A stretch of DNA of 64,000 nucleotides from Octopus vulgaris. Taxonomy: Eukaryota. A program made the translations under genes and the position numbers. This document shows positions 1 through 13,860 of this stretch, in pieces. The stretch spans positions 15,066,001 to 15,130,000 of the forward strand of contig OX597837.1 of NCBI GenBank assembly GCA_951406725.2. Direction: 5' to 3'. A model generated the notes under the pieces. The model worked only from the letters and a program-made list of their open reading frames with translations, did not search any database and was not told the origin of the DNA. Every line of letters begins with the position of its first letter. The stretch's first letter is position 1.

Positions 1-846
1 CAAGGCTTTGTTCGGTCTGACGCTACAGTAGAAGCAACTTGCCCAAGATGCCATGCAGTGGGACTGAACCCAGAACCATGTAGTTGGGAAGCAAGCTTCT
101 TAACACACACACATACATGTAACTGCACATGTACTGTTGGTGGTTTCTTTTCCTTTTCTGGACTTATCCCTTTCTCCTTTCTGATGAAGAGCTGTGCTTG
201 AAACATCAAACTCTCTTTTTTCCCCGAGTGTCAAACTAAAACCTTTCTTGTGCACGTCCTCTTCTTTGTTAATGTTACTCATTTATTTCAATTGACTGCA
301 TGTGTGTGTGTGGGGAGAGAGAGAGAGAGAGAGTGCAGGCATGGTTGTGTTACTTCCAACCCACATGGTTTCAGGTTCAGTCCTCCTATGTGACACCTGG
401 ACAAGTGTCCTCTGTTGTAACCCTGAGCTTAAGAAAGAATCCCATCACATGCACACACACATATATGTACGTGTGTGTGTGTGTTACTGTCTTCTTGCCA
501 TGATATTGCATAATAGTTGTAAACAAGTGTCACCAACATACAAGTGGTGTTGTTCCTTTCCAGTCATCTGTGAAAACACTTCTGGTCATGGGGAAATATT
601 ACCTTATTTGAGAACAGGTAAGTGTTGGTGAATGGGAAGGCATCCAGCCATAGAAAATCCACCTCAATGAATTCCATCTGACCCATGCCTGCATGGAAAA
701 GTGAACACCAAACTACTGATGATGAGGAGTTCAGTGGTGGATGATGCTTAAAAAGAAACAGGGACAGAATTTTTCTTAAACCAGTCAATTATTTCTTTTG
801 TTTCAATATCTCTTAATAATCTCCCTCGTTGTGTTTGCAATTACAG

Positions 847-915
847 AAATCTAAGGAATTGATCGCTATGGGTATCACAGGGCCAGAAGGACATGAAATG
901 TGTCGACCTGAAGAG
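847..915 (+). CDS. DPYS: Dihydropyrimidinase/CRMP internal exon (KSKELIAMGITGPEGHEMCRPEE); upstream exons lie outside the window
   Basis: ttacag acceptor and GAG|gtaagt donor; 69 nt, phase 0-0; GITGPEGH...RPEE motif of the DHP/CRMP family. Confidence 0.95.
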
Positions 916-1337
916 GTAAGTCATCTATCTCCATTTTTAAATCTCTCTCTAAATATTTTGGCAAATTTTCTTTTCTTTTCAATGAAAAATATCAAAGAAC
1001 TTCAACTTGGTACCTTTCAGTTAAACTCTAAAAGCAAGGATAATAAAGTGACAAGAATGGAGAAAGAACCAGACAAAATGCTTCAGGGTATTTTGTCCTG
1101 ACCATTTATGTTCTGAATCCAAATCACATTGATATTAGTTTCGCCTTTCATCCTTCCATGTCTGGCAAAATAAAGCACTGATGATGGACGATGAGGCAGA
1201 GATGTCATTGACTATGTCCTCTCCCCAACAAAATTTGTGGCCTTGCACCTGTCTTAGAACCATTAATTATTCCCTGGAATTATAGTATTTTATGTATCAT
1301 TTAAATGAATTTTTACATATAAATAATTTCAGGTTTG

Positions 1338-1380
<43 letters not shown>

Positions 1381-2667
1381 CATCCTCATTGTTTAACGTC
1401 CGTTTTCCATGCTGGCATGGGTTGGATGGTTCAACTGGGGTCTGGAAAGCCAGGAGGCTTCACCTGACTCCAGTCTGATCTGGCAATGTTTCTACAGCTT
1501 GGTGCCCTTCCTAACACCAACCACTCCAAGAGTGTAGTGGGTTCTCTGACATATATATATATATATACTCCCCCACCTGGACGGGGTGCTGGTCCATTGT
1601 AGGAGTATCTGTTTTTACCAGTAGAGTGGACTAGTCCAATGTCAAATGAAGTGTTTCACCCAAGAACACAACATACCGTTTGGTCCAGGAATCAAAACCA
1701 CAATCTTACAGTCATGAGTCTATATTCTTTTAGGGGTAACACCCTTCGCTTGAAAGTAAGGAACCCTAGTCTCCTCAGTTTTCACTTTCTCAATCTTACT
1801 CAAAAGCTTAAACGAATTGGCTGCTGTCGTACGTGTGTTTAGGTCTAAAAAGTCCAGGAAAACTCTCAGTTCCAAATTATGAAAATGAGGGATAGGAGGC
1901 AAAGCCCTGACAGAAGTATTCGATTATGCTAACAGGAACTGTAGACGGCCAACTGGTTAAGATGTTTGTCTTGTAATCACCAGGAGAATGCTTCAACCCC
2001 TCTGCATGACATCTTAGTAAGTTCCTTTTACCATTGCAACAGGGTACATCCAAACCCTCTGAGTAAGATCAGCTAAGTGGAAACTGTATGGAATCCCATC
2101 AGATGGATTGTAGGATTCCATTCGTAATCCAAAAGTCCTGCCTTGTCACTCTGGAAAAACCGACTCTGTCTGAAGATTACATCAAGGCTGCATGTGTCTC
2201 TGAGATAAAGACTCAGTTGATTTAAACAGCTGAAAGCTCATTATCAGAAATTCTAACAGACTCATTCATTTATATATAACCCGCATTAGTATTATTTAAC
2301 GATGTCGTTAAGCTAAAATTTCTTGATATTTTTCATCCCCAATTATTCCAAACAAGATATTTAAATATTTGATGTTAATTAATTTTTTCAATGAATTTGT
2401 CTTACAATTTACTCTACTTCTTGTAATTAATCATCTGTTACCTTTTTTTCTTGAAGTTAATTAATAATTTGTTGTCTTTTTATCTATGTTTGTATTTTTT
2501 TCTCATTGTAATTGGTAATATATTCATTTGTTACTATCATCATCATCACCATCACTACTGCATCCAAGGCTTTATAGTTTTCACGTGGTGTGCTTAATAA
2601 CCTTCATGATTTTCAGGCACAAAAGCCCATCATCAGAAGTAAACGGTCAAGAAGTGTTAGTCTAGAC

Positions 2668-2933
2668 CAATGCTTCTCAACCATTTCCTGCCTATGGACC
2701 CCTTAAATCCCCAGTCTACTCAGGTGGACCCTCATAACCATTCCACATTTAAAAACTCATATATTTTTATAATTAATTATTATTGGGAATTGTAAAAAAA
2801 AAAAAAATACATTAAAATATTTTGTGTACCGTAAAAGCGTAATCAATTAATTGCCGAAAAATATTAACAATAGGATCTTGTTTTGACCCCCTAAAGGTCA
2901 TGTGGACCCCAATTGAGAACCACTGAACCACTG
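2668..2933. mobile_element. hAT-type MITE
   Basis: Ends caatgcttctcaa / ttgagaaccactg; degenerate 8-bp TSD gtctagac / gtccatac; a second hAT-like relic follows at ~2947-3096. Confidence 0.6.
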
Positions 2934-4222
2934 GTCCATACTATGTTAGTCATGGACAACCTGTGGTCCAGGAATCTTTCTGAATGACACACCTGACCAA
3001 AAAAACGACCTTGGATTTTTGTTTAATAGTGCAGCCTTCCTGAAGATGCACCATGTCTTGTGTGGCCCAATTCTTGAAAAAGGTTGCCCATGCCTAATCT
3101 ATACAGAACCAGTCATGCTGATTGTAGTGCAGGCAGCAACGCCTGCAGTGTCCATGTGAGTGGTGGTGGTGGTGGTGGCTGCAGTGGGCGATCATAGCAG
3201 CAGCAGCAGCAGCCTTTCCCCAAACGGTGGCCACAGGTCACAGTGAGAGCAATGGTGAGTAGCTAAGCTGTTGGCTGATAGAAGTTGTGATAAAAGTAAC
3301 CACCTGTATTGGGGATACTGGTGCTGATGGTTGCCCATTGCTACTACCGTTGTAGTTGGTACTGTATAGACTAACACCTCTTGACTGCTTGCTCTTGATG
3401 ATGGGCCTTTGTACTGGAAATATAAAGGTTATTAAACTTTAGACTTTTCACATTGTAAGAAGCTCTCTGCCTTCGTTATTTTGTTATTTTATTTCTTTAT
3501 CACGATGCTACAACACTTTGTGGTCTTTTTGTTTTCTTCTTCTTCACCATTCTTCACTCAAAGCACTTTTGTTTCCAAATGCTTAAACGTGGCTCTTTTA
3601 CCGATTGGCTGTGTGTGTGTGTGTTTCTTAGTTAGAACACTAATCTCTTGAGAATCTTTAAATCTTATCCTGTTAATGCTGAAATCCTTGAAGCTAACAA
3701 AATGGTACTATGACTAATTTTATTATAGCTCTTCTCCCCCACCCACCCCACCCCACAGAAGCCAATACAAAAATACGATAAATAAAAACAAACAAAATAC
3801 ATCCTCATAGTTAGAATGTCTGGCTGGTGTAACACTCTTCGAGATTGGTATCAAGGCAGTGGAATGAGAAGACGATGTCCTGTTGCATTTAAGTTCCATC
3901 CTTCTTCACTGAGATCAAATCTCACCCAGATCATCTTTGCCTTTTGTCCCTCCAAGGGTCTATAAAATATTTATGTATATGTCATAAATCCAAGTCAGTC
4001 TTGCCAACCAGCCAGCCATGCCACCCACCCTTTAATATGTGGTCATCTGCTATAATCTAAGAAACCAGTATTTATTAAGTACACTGATTAAAATGTGCCA
4101 GTGAATCATCATCCCCCATTATTTAGTGTCCGCATTTCCATGGTTACATGGGTCAGATGAGGTTTATTGAGGCAAACTTTCTATGGCTGGATACCCTTCA
4201 CCTGTTTACAAGCAAGCTAATA

Positions 4223-4605
4223 CAGTGATACCTCATGGTACGAGTTTAATTCATTCCCTGACCGAATTCGTCTTACGATTTCCTCATTTTACAAATCAAT
4301 TTTCCCCATTGAAATTAACTGGAATCTAATTAATCCGTTCCAACCCCACCAAACAACTCAAAAATAAATTTTTATGGGTTTTAAAACAGAAAAGTGTAGT
4401 TGCAAATAAAATGACAATTATGAAAAAGAGAATGCAAAAGAAATATGTAAAGTAGTTTTATTAACCGAATTACCTTAAAGATGGGACGAATTATGATTTC
4501 TGCTTTTAATGCAGGTTTCTCTTCATATTTCAAAACAAAAATCCAAAGTCTCAGCTCTTACAGTAAATTATCATACAATGGGGCACTCGTACTGCGAGGT
4601 TCTAT
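4223..4605. mobile_element. Tigger/pogo-like MITE relic
   Basis: TA-cagtgatacctcatggtacgag start and degenerate inverted end ctcgtactgcgaggttc. Confidence 0.45.
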
Positions 4606-6806
4606 ATTTCTAATATTCTTGCAGAATAATGGAAATGAATGTCACTGCTTGTATAACAGTGACACTCATTTACAACTATCATATGATGTCAAGAAAGGGA
4701 ACCACACACTCACACACAGACACACAAAACTGGTTTCTTTCAGTTTCCTTCTACCAAATTCATTCGCAAGGTTTTGGTCAGCCTAAGACCATAGTAGAAG
4801 ACACTTGCTCATGGTGCCATGCAGTGAGATGGAACCTGAAACCATGTGGTTGTGAAGCAAGGTTCTTACCATACAGCCACATCTGCACCTATTCTATTTT
4901 GTAAACTGCAGAAACAATTTGGATATGGAACTGTTTAACCCTTCCATGACCAAACCCTCTGAGATGGCTTCTGGTTCTTTGATACAAAAACTGGGGTTTT
5001 AAAACTGCTTATATTCAAATAAAATGCCTCCCACCAGAATTTGCATCCAAGAATATTTTGCAATTTCCCAAACATCAGCTTAATCTCCCAATGAATGAAA
5101 AAAGTTGGTTATTTTATTAAATCCTTCTTAATTCATTATTTTAAAAGTTAAGAATTAGTGCAGAAAGAAAAAAATGATTTTTGCCAGAACTCAATACTGA
5201 ATCACCAAATATTTTACCACATTCCTCATCTCCAACAATTCTTTCATCCTCATCTTCATCGCTGCCATTCTTATTGGTTTAACACTTTCCCAGTCTCAGT
5301 TGAATTCTAATCGTCTGTTTACCACACAGCATATATTCATTTGTGTTTTGTGATCTTTAAGTTTTTAACCAAGCATGCTCCATCCACTTTTGTTGTGTTT
5401 CTATTTGTGCAGCAGATTTTAACACCTACTTTGGCCCTTTTTTAAAATTTTTTATTTTTCCTCTCCAGTGCACTTGCACTCAGCATGACAAATGTCTCCA
5501 ACTTCTGCTTGGAACTCATTTGTCCAATTGACCGTCTTCGTGTGGTCGTTACAAAGCAAGATACACCAGCAACTGCCTCCATACCAATGCTGTTTAAGTA
5601 TATCCCATAAGCATACCAGCTAAATTCTTTTCATAGTAAATTCTCATACCCCTCAGGAATCTGTTACCATCCCTAGTTTTAAAGCCAAGCTATTTGAGTT
5701 TTTTGACTTTGTGTTGTTGTAGACAACATTGAACTGCTTCAGAGGTTCCAACTCCAAATCACTATTCAAAATATTCTACCTCAACATTGCAGTTTTTAAA
5801 ATCCACCCTTGATGTTTATCAGGGTGGATTATTGCTAGTAATATTTTCTTGCAATGCTTGAGAAGTCTCTCAAAGAATTTTAATGTTTTAAGTATTGATA
5901 AAGATGATTAACTTCCAAGAAGCAGTATCTTTTCTTTTAACCCTCAGATAGCACTGGTATGGGTTTTAGAATCTTGGCAATTAAAAGAAAAATAATTTAG
6001 ATAAAGATCTGAAAATTATGGAAGGCAACGGGACTCCTTGTAAATTATTAAATTCAGAACATATTTGTTTCTCCATCTTTGAAATGCTGCTCACTAAAAG
6101 CTATGGTTCTGAAGAAGGGCTGCACAAGAGGATTGCAACTGAGGAATCCCAGCTTTGACCTTTGTGACGAAAGTGATAGAAAGAGGGGGGGGGGTGTTTG
6201 GGTGCTCAGTCATCAGCTCTTGTATGGCTGGTTTCATTTTGTCTCATCTGAACACAATCCCTTTATAGGAAACTCTGAGATTACACAATGGAGTTCTGTG
6301 AGTGAACAGTTGTAATCTAGTATGGACAATGACAATCTAGTACTGGACCGTGGCAGAGTACGATTGGACAATGGTATGGGATTGACATGAAAATCTGCAA
6401 TGAAACTTAAAAGCCTAAAATTTTCTTCACAAAAACTTCCTTTATTTTGAGAACTCAAAGTATTTATCTATGAATACCAATTAAATTTTATACATAGAGA
6501 AATCATATGCAGAAAACAGGTATGGTATTCAGAGCTTTACAGAACATACACATGTTTCAGTAAAATGCTGAAAGGATTACATAATGTGTATAGATATTAT
6601 GCTGTCATGCCACACATCATCAGTTTCCCAACATACATACATACATCCAGATGCTTCCACCACCTCTGCGCACTTGTGTTTGCTGTGTTTATCACTTTAT
6701 GTCACCTTTTGTTTTCCATTTTATTTTGTTCATTGCTGAATGTTTTGTGGCTTTGTTGCACTTGCATGCCTCGTTTTTTTATTTTTGTTTTTCAATTTTC
6801 TGCAAG

Positions 6807-6927
6807 GTGGAAGTTGAAGCAACAGACCGAGCGATTATGATTGCCGATCAGGCTAACTGCCCCCTCTATGTTGTTCATGTAATGAGCAAAACTGCTGCTG
6901 ATAGTGTCGCATTGGCACGGAAGCAAG
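6807..6927 (+). CDS. DPYS: DHP/CRMP mutually exclusive exon A, His (enzyme) form: [40 protein letters not shown](G)
   Basis: tgcaag acceptor, G|gtctgt donor; 121 nt, phase 0-1; [11 protein letters not shown] keeps the metal-ligand His (CAT 6876-6878). Confidence 0.93.
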
Positions 6928-9013
6928 GTCTGTCCTATGAATTGAGCATTTGATCACCAGAAAATTTGTTGCACCATTTTTTTTTTTTTTTCTCCAAACA
7001 AAATTTCAGAAAGAAAATTAATTTCACAATTTTCACCAATTCTTCCCCCCCCCACCATCTTTCCTATTTTACCATTTTATAGGTGCAAGCATTGCTTCCT
7101 ATCTGGTCTCAGGTTTGGTCCCTCTTCATGGCACCTTGGGAAAATGTCTTCCACTATAATTCCAGGCAAACCAAAGCCTTGTGAGTGGATTTGGTCGGTG
7201 AAAACTGAAAGAAGCCCCATTATAAATAAATAGAGAGCGGAACCTTGACATATGAATTCAATTTGTTCCTGAAGGTCATTTGTCAACTGAAATGTTTGTA
7301 AACTAAAACTATTTTTCTCGTTAGGAAATTCAAGAGAAAGCCTGGCAAATTCAATCTGGAATATTCCCTGAGCAAAAGCCAAACAGCAACTGACACTCTC
7401 TTGCTGCTGATACTCCCAGCTTGTCACCAGCTGTTGTTGCCTGTGTGTGTGTTCAGAAGGCAAGGTTCCACTGTATTTGCACATGTATGTGTGTACTCTT
7501 GTCCTGATATCACATGGTGGTTGTGAATATGTTTCCCATCTTCTCTAAAGATATGTCTGGCCATGGTAAATATTACCTTGCTTGGAAATAGATGAGTGTT
7601 GGCAACAGGAAGGGCATCCAGCCATAGAAAATTTGCCTCAACAGATTTCATCTGGGCCTTGCAAGCATGGAAAAGTGGAGATCAAATGATGATGGGAAAG
7701 ATTGATTTCAAACCAATGAGGAATCTACCTCAACAAATGCTGTCCAATTCATGCAAACAGGTTAAAAGTGGATGTTAAAAATTAAGGAAGTCCAAATATA
7801 GTCTTGGAAAAGATAGGGTGGGGGGGTTAAGATACCTCCTTCAATTTTTGTTTTTAAAACCAAATAATAATTGGTGAAAATAGTGAACAGTTTTTCGGAC
7901 ACTTTTAATGTTTTAATTTGGTGCAAGGAATTTTCTAGTTTCAAAGTTTTTGGTGGTGGTGGCTATACTGATGATGATGATCTTTTTTACAAACCTTGAC
8001 TCTAATCTCTTAACCCTGATAACCCTGGTTATCTGTTTATTATTTTTTTTTTCAGCAATTTATGTTTATTGTACCAGCTAACAATAGTAGATATAGTAGC
8101 AAAAAATATTCTATTTTTCTTATTAATTCAAACATGGCTTATTTGACTGTCATCTATGCTGAAATTATTATTATTATTAATTAATTAAAAAAAAAGAAAT
8201 TGAAAATCTCAAATTAATGAATTATAATAATTTAATTATAAAGCAAAATCTCACCTGACATAGTTCTATATATTTTTCACTCTTTGATGAACCAATCTCT
8301 ACATAATTTTAAATAGATTTGATATAGATTTTCTACATTCTCTGTGCTTCAAGAAAGGCAATGAAAACCCTGTAATTATTAGACCCTTGTTAGGGTCCCT
8401 TAAACTAATTATCTACTTTGGTTGGCTTTTGCCTCCACAATCAATATAGTCTGCAATGAACTAAGATGTAGTTTGTTAATCTCATGTGGGAATGCATGCA
8501 AGACAAACCCATGAATAAGGTGACAACTGGACCATCATTTACCTATGTTTAAGCCACAGTGTCTGTTTATTAAATAGATAGATAGGTACACCTATACACA
8601 TCAATACATACTTGCTCACATCAACCATAGACTTTTTTTTTTCCTTCTTGTGTAATTTCTGCTTATTACAATCTCAGAATTTTTCTTTTAATGACAGCCT
8701 AAAATTCAGGGCTCCACTGATATTCTAACATTAACAAGAGATGGTTTTTTTTGTTTTGTTTTTTTCGCTGTAATTACAACCCCAAGAAAAGCCAGTTTTC
8801 AATCGTTTAAAATTCAATCTAAACTTTTAAAATTTGATTTGAAATAATTTCTGCTACTGACTTTTTACTATTGTTTCTCTTGCAATTTACATAATTCTCT
8901 TTCTTCTTTCCTCTCTTCCTATTTGTACACACACACGCACACACACGTGTGTGTGGCTGTGTACTTTTTCTGTTCCGTATAACCTGCTTTCACCAGGGAC
9001 GTTCGTATTGTAG

Positions 9014-9134
9014 GTTGAAAAAGAAGCTGTACAACGTGCACTCACCATCGCCAACCAGGCCAACTGCCCACTGTATGTGGTTAAAGTTATGAGTAAAGCA
9101 TCTGCTGAAACAATAGCAGATGCTCGCAGATCAG
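9014..9134 (+). CDS. DPYS: DHP/CRMP mutually exclusive exon B, Lys (CRMP-like) form: [40 protein letters not shown](G)
   Basis: ttgtag acceptor, CAG|gtaggc donor; 121 nt, phase 0-1; paralogous to exon A (25/40 aa identical); AAA Lys at 9083-9085; absent from the ORF track. Confidence 0.92.
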
Positions 9135-10106
9135 GTAGGCTTAACGATCACTTAGATGATGATGATGATGATGAGGATGCTGTTGCTGCCTGAAGACGGC
9201 AATTAAATGATGCCAGCTTCTTAGGCTCTATATATTTTGTGTGTGCATATCATATATACTTACTGTGTGTTCTGTAGTTGTTGTAATTGTTATATTATTA
9301 TTGTTCTTATTAATTAATACAGGTAATGTTTGTTTGCTTTTGTTTTATTTATTTTTCTACTTAATGAACTGCAATGGTGGAGGGAGGGAGGGAGGAGGGG
9401 CTTTAGATTAAAGTTAGCCCCATCACCACCACCGCTACAGCTACATTTACACATTCACACTGACCCCAACGACCTCTTCTCTGAACCAACTAGTTGTATA
9501 GCCCCTCCACCCAGACCTTATCTGATTCACCCTGTCCCCTCCTCCCACTGGTTGGGCCCCTCGGATCCTACCCTATACACTTCTTCTTACCCCAGTCCTC
9601 TTCCACCCCACAACTGCAATCTTTTCAGATCTCTTATCTGCCTATCCTTTTCCTGCACCTCTCTGGAGTTGCTTCTTGTCCCCACCACATTTTTTCCCCC
9701 TGCAATCCTTTTGGGTCTTCTCCTCTTCCCAGATGAAAAAAACTGAAACTGACCTCAGCAGGATGTGAATTTTGAGCCCTGAGGGTCCCAACAAATACTG
9801 CAAAGCAATCCCTCCGGTATTCTCATGACTCTGTCCCCCTCACAACTGTTTCGAAAAGGAAGGAAAGCTCTGTTGCTCAATGACAGGCCCTGTTATAACA
9901 ATCCTTTCTACTATACGCACAAGGGCTGAAATTTGAGGAAAGGGGGTTAGTTGATTACAGTGACCCCAGTACTCAACTGGTACTTATTTTATGGACTCCG
10001 AAAGGATGAAAGGCAAAGTCAACCTTGGGAGAATTTCAACTCGGAATGTAAAACTGGAAGAAATGCTGCTAAGCATTTTTTCGGTTGTGCTCACAATTCT
10101 GCCAGC

Positions 10107-10145
<39 letters not shown>

Positions 10146-10297
10146 GGATGGTCAGAGTTTGAATGCTCTTGATCAAAGGTCTGGCTCAGAGCTAAACAAC
10201 AATCCAGTCCTATAAAAGAGCTTCTACTCTAGTCTTTCAACCTACTGTACTCACCCTACTGTTTTAAAAGATTGTATAATTTAATCCTAGGTATAGT

Positions 10298-10560
10298 GAA
10301 GGCACGTGGCTTAGTGGTTAGGGCATTCGGATCACGATTGTAAGGTCGTGAGTTCAATTCCCGGCCACGCGTTGTGTCCTTGAGCAAGACACTTTATTTT
10401 CATGTTGCTCCAGTCCACTCAGCTGGCAAAAACGAGTTGTCACACTCTGTGTCATGCTGGATCTCCCTGAGAACTACATTAGGGGTACATGTGTCTGTGG
10501 ATTGCTCAGTCACTTGCACGTTAATTTCACGAGCAAGCCGTTCCATTGATCAGATCCTGT
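10298..10560 (+). mobile_element. tRNA-derived SINE (similar copies at ~13157-13460, 17528-17830, 26092-26335, and ~52220-52370 on minus)
   Basis: A-box tggcttagtgg, B-box gagttcaattcc, followed by gtgtccttgagcaagacact core; multiple dispersed copies. Confidence 0.75.
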
Positions 10561-13500
10561 CTGTATACTCTCTCAAGAAAAAGAAAAGACTGGTTAATCA
10601 GGTTCCTTCTCACATTTACTATTTTATGGTCTTTGGTCTTCCATACTTATCGTTAGGCAAGGTCAACAAGGAAACGATGATTCCATTGCACTAACTGTGC
10701 TGCACCAACAGATTCTGTAATATTTTCTTAATTCCTGAGTAATAGACATAGTATTTTAGGATTTAAGTTCTGATATTTTGGCAGTAAGCTCTCTTCAAGT
10801 GTTTGCAGTACATGATAACACACTGTGAGTTATGCCAAGTTATAATCCCGTTATCACGTACCATAACACTTCTCAAGTGTTCCATTTTGTGCCAACAGAC
10901 TGTGTGTTCGGTTAATTCTTTTGGTAATATAATCTTTACTTGTTGAGCTCTGGTTTCTCTTCTGGCAAAGGACTTCCTTCAAGTGTTCTGCGACATAACA
11001 AATTGGCTGGAAATGGTAGCAAATGAAGATTAGATAACTCTTTTATTTAATAATAAAAAAGTCGTTGATTTTTTTTTTTTCTTTTTATCATTAATAGCAA
11101 AAATGTCTTTCTTAGGTGTAGACTGATTTCAAGTGGAGTGAAGAGGTTAATAAAAAAAAAAAAATGTACATTTGAAGAAAACAAAACCAACTTTCACAAT
11201 GTCTCATGGTAAACTCTCCATTGTCCCCTGCAGGGGCAAAATCAGAGCTCAGAAGTTCCGATTTCTCTTCACAAAAAAATTCATATTATATACCTAACCT
11301 CTAACAATACACTAGAATATTCTTTAAGCAATTGTGGGTGACGAATAAATATCACACACACACATAATATGTGCACAACAAGCCCACATTTGTGGTGATT
11401 GTGACATTCCGTTCAGTTTATTAGCAAAACATGACTGAATTTGGAGAATTGTACAAAACACAGCAAAATGGTTCATTCAACCATAAGGAATGCGTGAAGA
11501 TCATTTTTGTTGATAAGAAGGAAAAAGAAAAAAGCCCAACATATTTCAGTGTTTGAAGGTTATTGGCTCCTCCCACTCCCTTACTAGTTCACTCTTTTAT
11601 GTAGGAAGGTATTTAGTGTTTAAAAATGCAATTGGTGGTGGTGGTGGTGGTGGTTGACCAAGTCAGGAAAATAATACTGTGAACCATTCAACCGTAGGCT
11701 AACTATAAATGAAATCATCATCGTTTAACGTCCGCTTTCCATGCTAGCATGGGTTGGACGATTTTGACTGAGGACTGACGAACCAGATGGCCACACCAGG
11801 CTCCAGTCTGATCTGGCAGAGTTTCTACAGCTGGATGCCCTTCCTAACACCAACCACTCCGACAGTGTAGTGGGTGCTTTTTACATGCCACTGGCACGGG
11901 GCCAGTCAGGCGGTACTGGCAACGACCTCGCTCGAATCTTTTTACACATGCCACCAGCATAGGTGCCAGTGAAGCAACGTTGGTAACAATCACGCTCGAA
12001 TGGTGCCCTTTTATGAAATACATTGATAAACTTGGTTTGTGCCTGTCAACTATGACAAAGTCAAACAAACCCAAGAGGTACCATACGATGACATAAATTG
12101 TTGATTCATTATAATTATCGCCACTTGTAGAGAATGTGTCATGATTACCAAATGGCAATTAAGACCAGTTCTGCTCCATGTGAGGAGGGCAGACAATCTC
12201 AGATATCAAATGTTCTCCAAAGTTGACATGCCATTAATTGAAAAGACAAACTTGAGATAGCCTGAAGATAAGGGGGCAGTAATGGACATGTGTTTCTGTC
12301 TTAATATACATCATCAGCTCAACAATTGTCCTACCTTTCTCCAGTAGCCAAGCGACTTGAGACTTCTACAAAAAGTGCATAATTTAACTAAAAACGAGCC
12401 AATTACTTCATAACCCAGGGCTGTCTCAAGATCAATGAATGAAATTAGATGGAAGGAAACTGTAAAAATCCTTCTGAATGAATTCTGCCCATATTTGAAA
12501 GGGCCAGCATTGTGTTATGCACACACTGTCACACTGATCCTGCATGGGGGTTCTGTTGAAAGAACAAGTCTTTGTGGAATATTCAGACACATTGATACTG
12601 CAATACAATAAGAAAGAAAGAAAGATAGATAGATAGAGAGAGAGAGATAGATAGATAGATAGATCTGTTAGACAATTAGAGAGTTATTGGTTCTTAGAAA
12701 CCCAACAGTCAACAGATCCAGCATATTATATATGTTAATGTAATGTGTAATATATGTTAATATAATGTGTAGATGCAAGTTTATATTTATACTGTGAACT
12801 TGGTAGACTTGTGCAAATGTATAATCAGTCCACCATTTTCATTGCAGTGAGTTATTAGTATTGGTCCCCTGTGAATGACATCAAAATGTCAACCTTATGT
12901 TGCATCCTCCCCTCACCTTTTTTTTAATTTATTTATTTGCTTACTAATTCTATTATTTATTACCAATTTTCGTTGCAATATCTTGTTTTGAAATAAATGT
13001 GTGTGTGTGTGTGTGTGTGTGTATATTGAAATGTATTTGTGTGTCAGTATATTTGCATGTGTGTATAAATATGTGTAAGTGTGTTTCAATATTCCCATGT
13101 GTATTGAAATTCTATGCCAGGGTGTTTATTATGCGTGATGGGATGTAGATGGGTGTGGAGGCACATAGCCTAGTGGTCAGAGCAGCGGACTCGCGGTCGA
13201 GGAATCGCGGGTTCGAATCTCAGACCGCGCGATGTGTGTGTTTATGAGCGAAACACCTGAGCTCCCCATGACTCCGGCAGAAGGTGATGGCGAAAATGCT
13301 GCTGACTCTTTCGCCACAACTTTCTCCCACTCTTTCCTCCTGCATCTTGCAGCTCACCTGCGACGGACCGGCGTCCCGTCCAGGTGGGGAACCTATATGC
13401 CAAGGAAACCGGGAAACCGGCCCCTAATGAGCCAGGCATGGCTCGAGAAGGAACAAAAATGAATGATGTAGATGGGTGCGGGTGTTTGTATATAATGTAG

Positions 13501-13860
13501 TGTGTGTTTGCATACATGTGATGTATGCGTGTGTATACATCATGGTCATGTGGATGCGTTCATAGATAAGTATGTGAATGCAGCTACATGACCATGTGGT
13601 AGACATTTGTATGTGTTAAGTGTGTGTATACTTGTGTTTGTATGATTGTATGTGTGTGGATGTAAAGTGTGTGTGTATATACATCTGATGTGTATTTGAA
13701 TGTAACACATACATACGATATTAACTGATTTTGTAAAAAAAAAAGTGAATTTTTAATTTTTCTTAACTTTAATGTATCCTTCTAAAGAATATATCATTGT
13801 AAATTAATTATGCGCATATATTAAAAAATTCATAAATTAATTGCTCTCTCTCTGTCATAT

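Noticed and set aside
3130-3380. CAG/GGT-rich stretch with a short minus-strand ORF
   Set aside because: Low-complexity sequence without convincing splice sites or homology.
5469-5560. Strong polypyrimidine tract plus CAG as a possible third alternative exon
   Set aside because: Phase-0 reading hits TGA after 20 codons, with no similarity to exons A/B and no clear donor.
9014-9134. Exon B as a pseudo-exon or a second gene copy
   Set aside because: Splice sites and frame are intact, nucleotide divergence is high while the peptide is conserved, and no other duplicated exons are nearby.
13157-13235. tRNA-like sequence (also at 10298, 17528, 26092)
   Set aside because: These are SINE heads that continue into a shared repeat body, not standalone tRNA genes.
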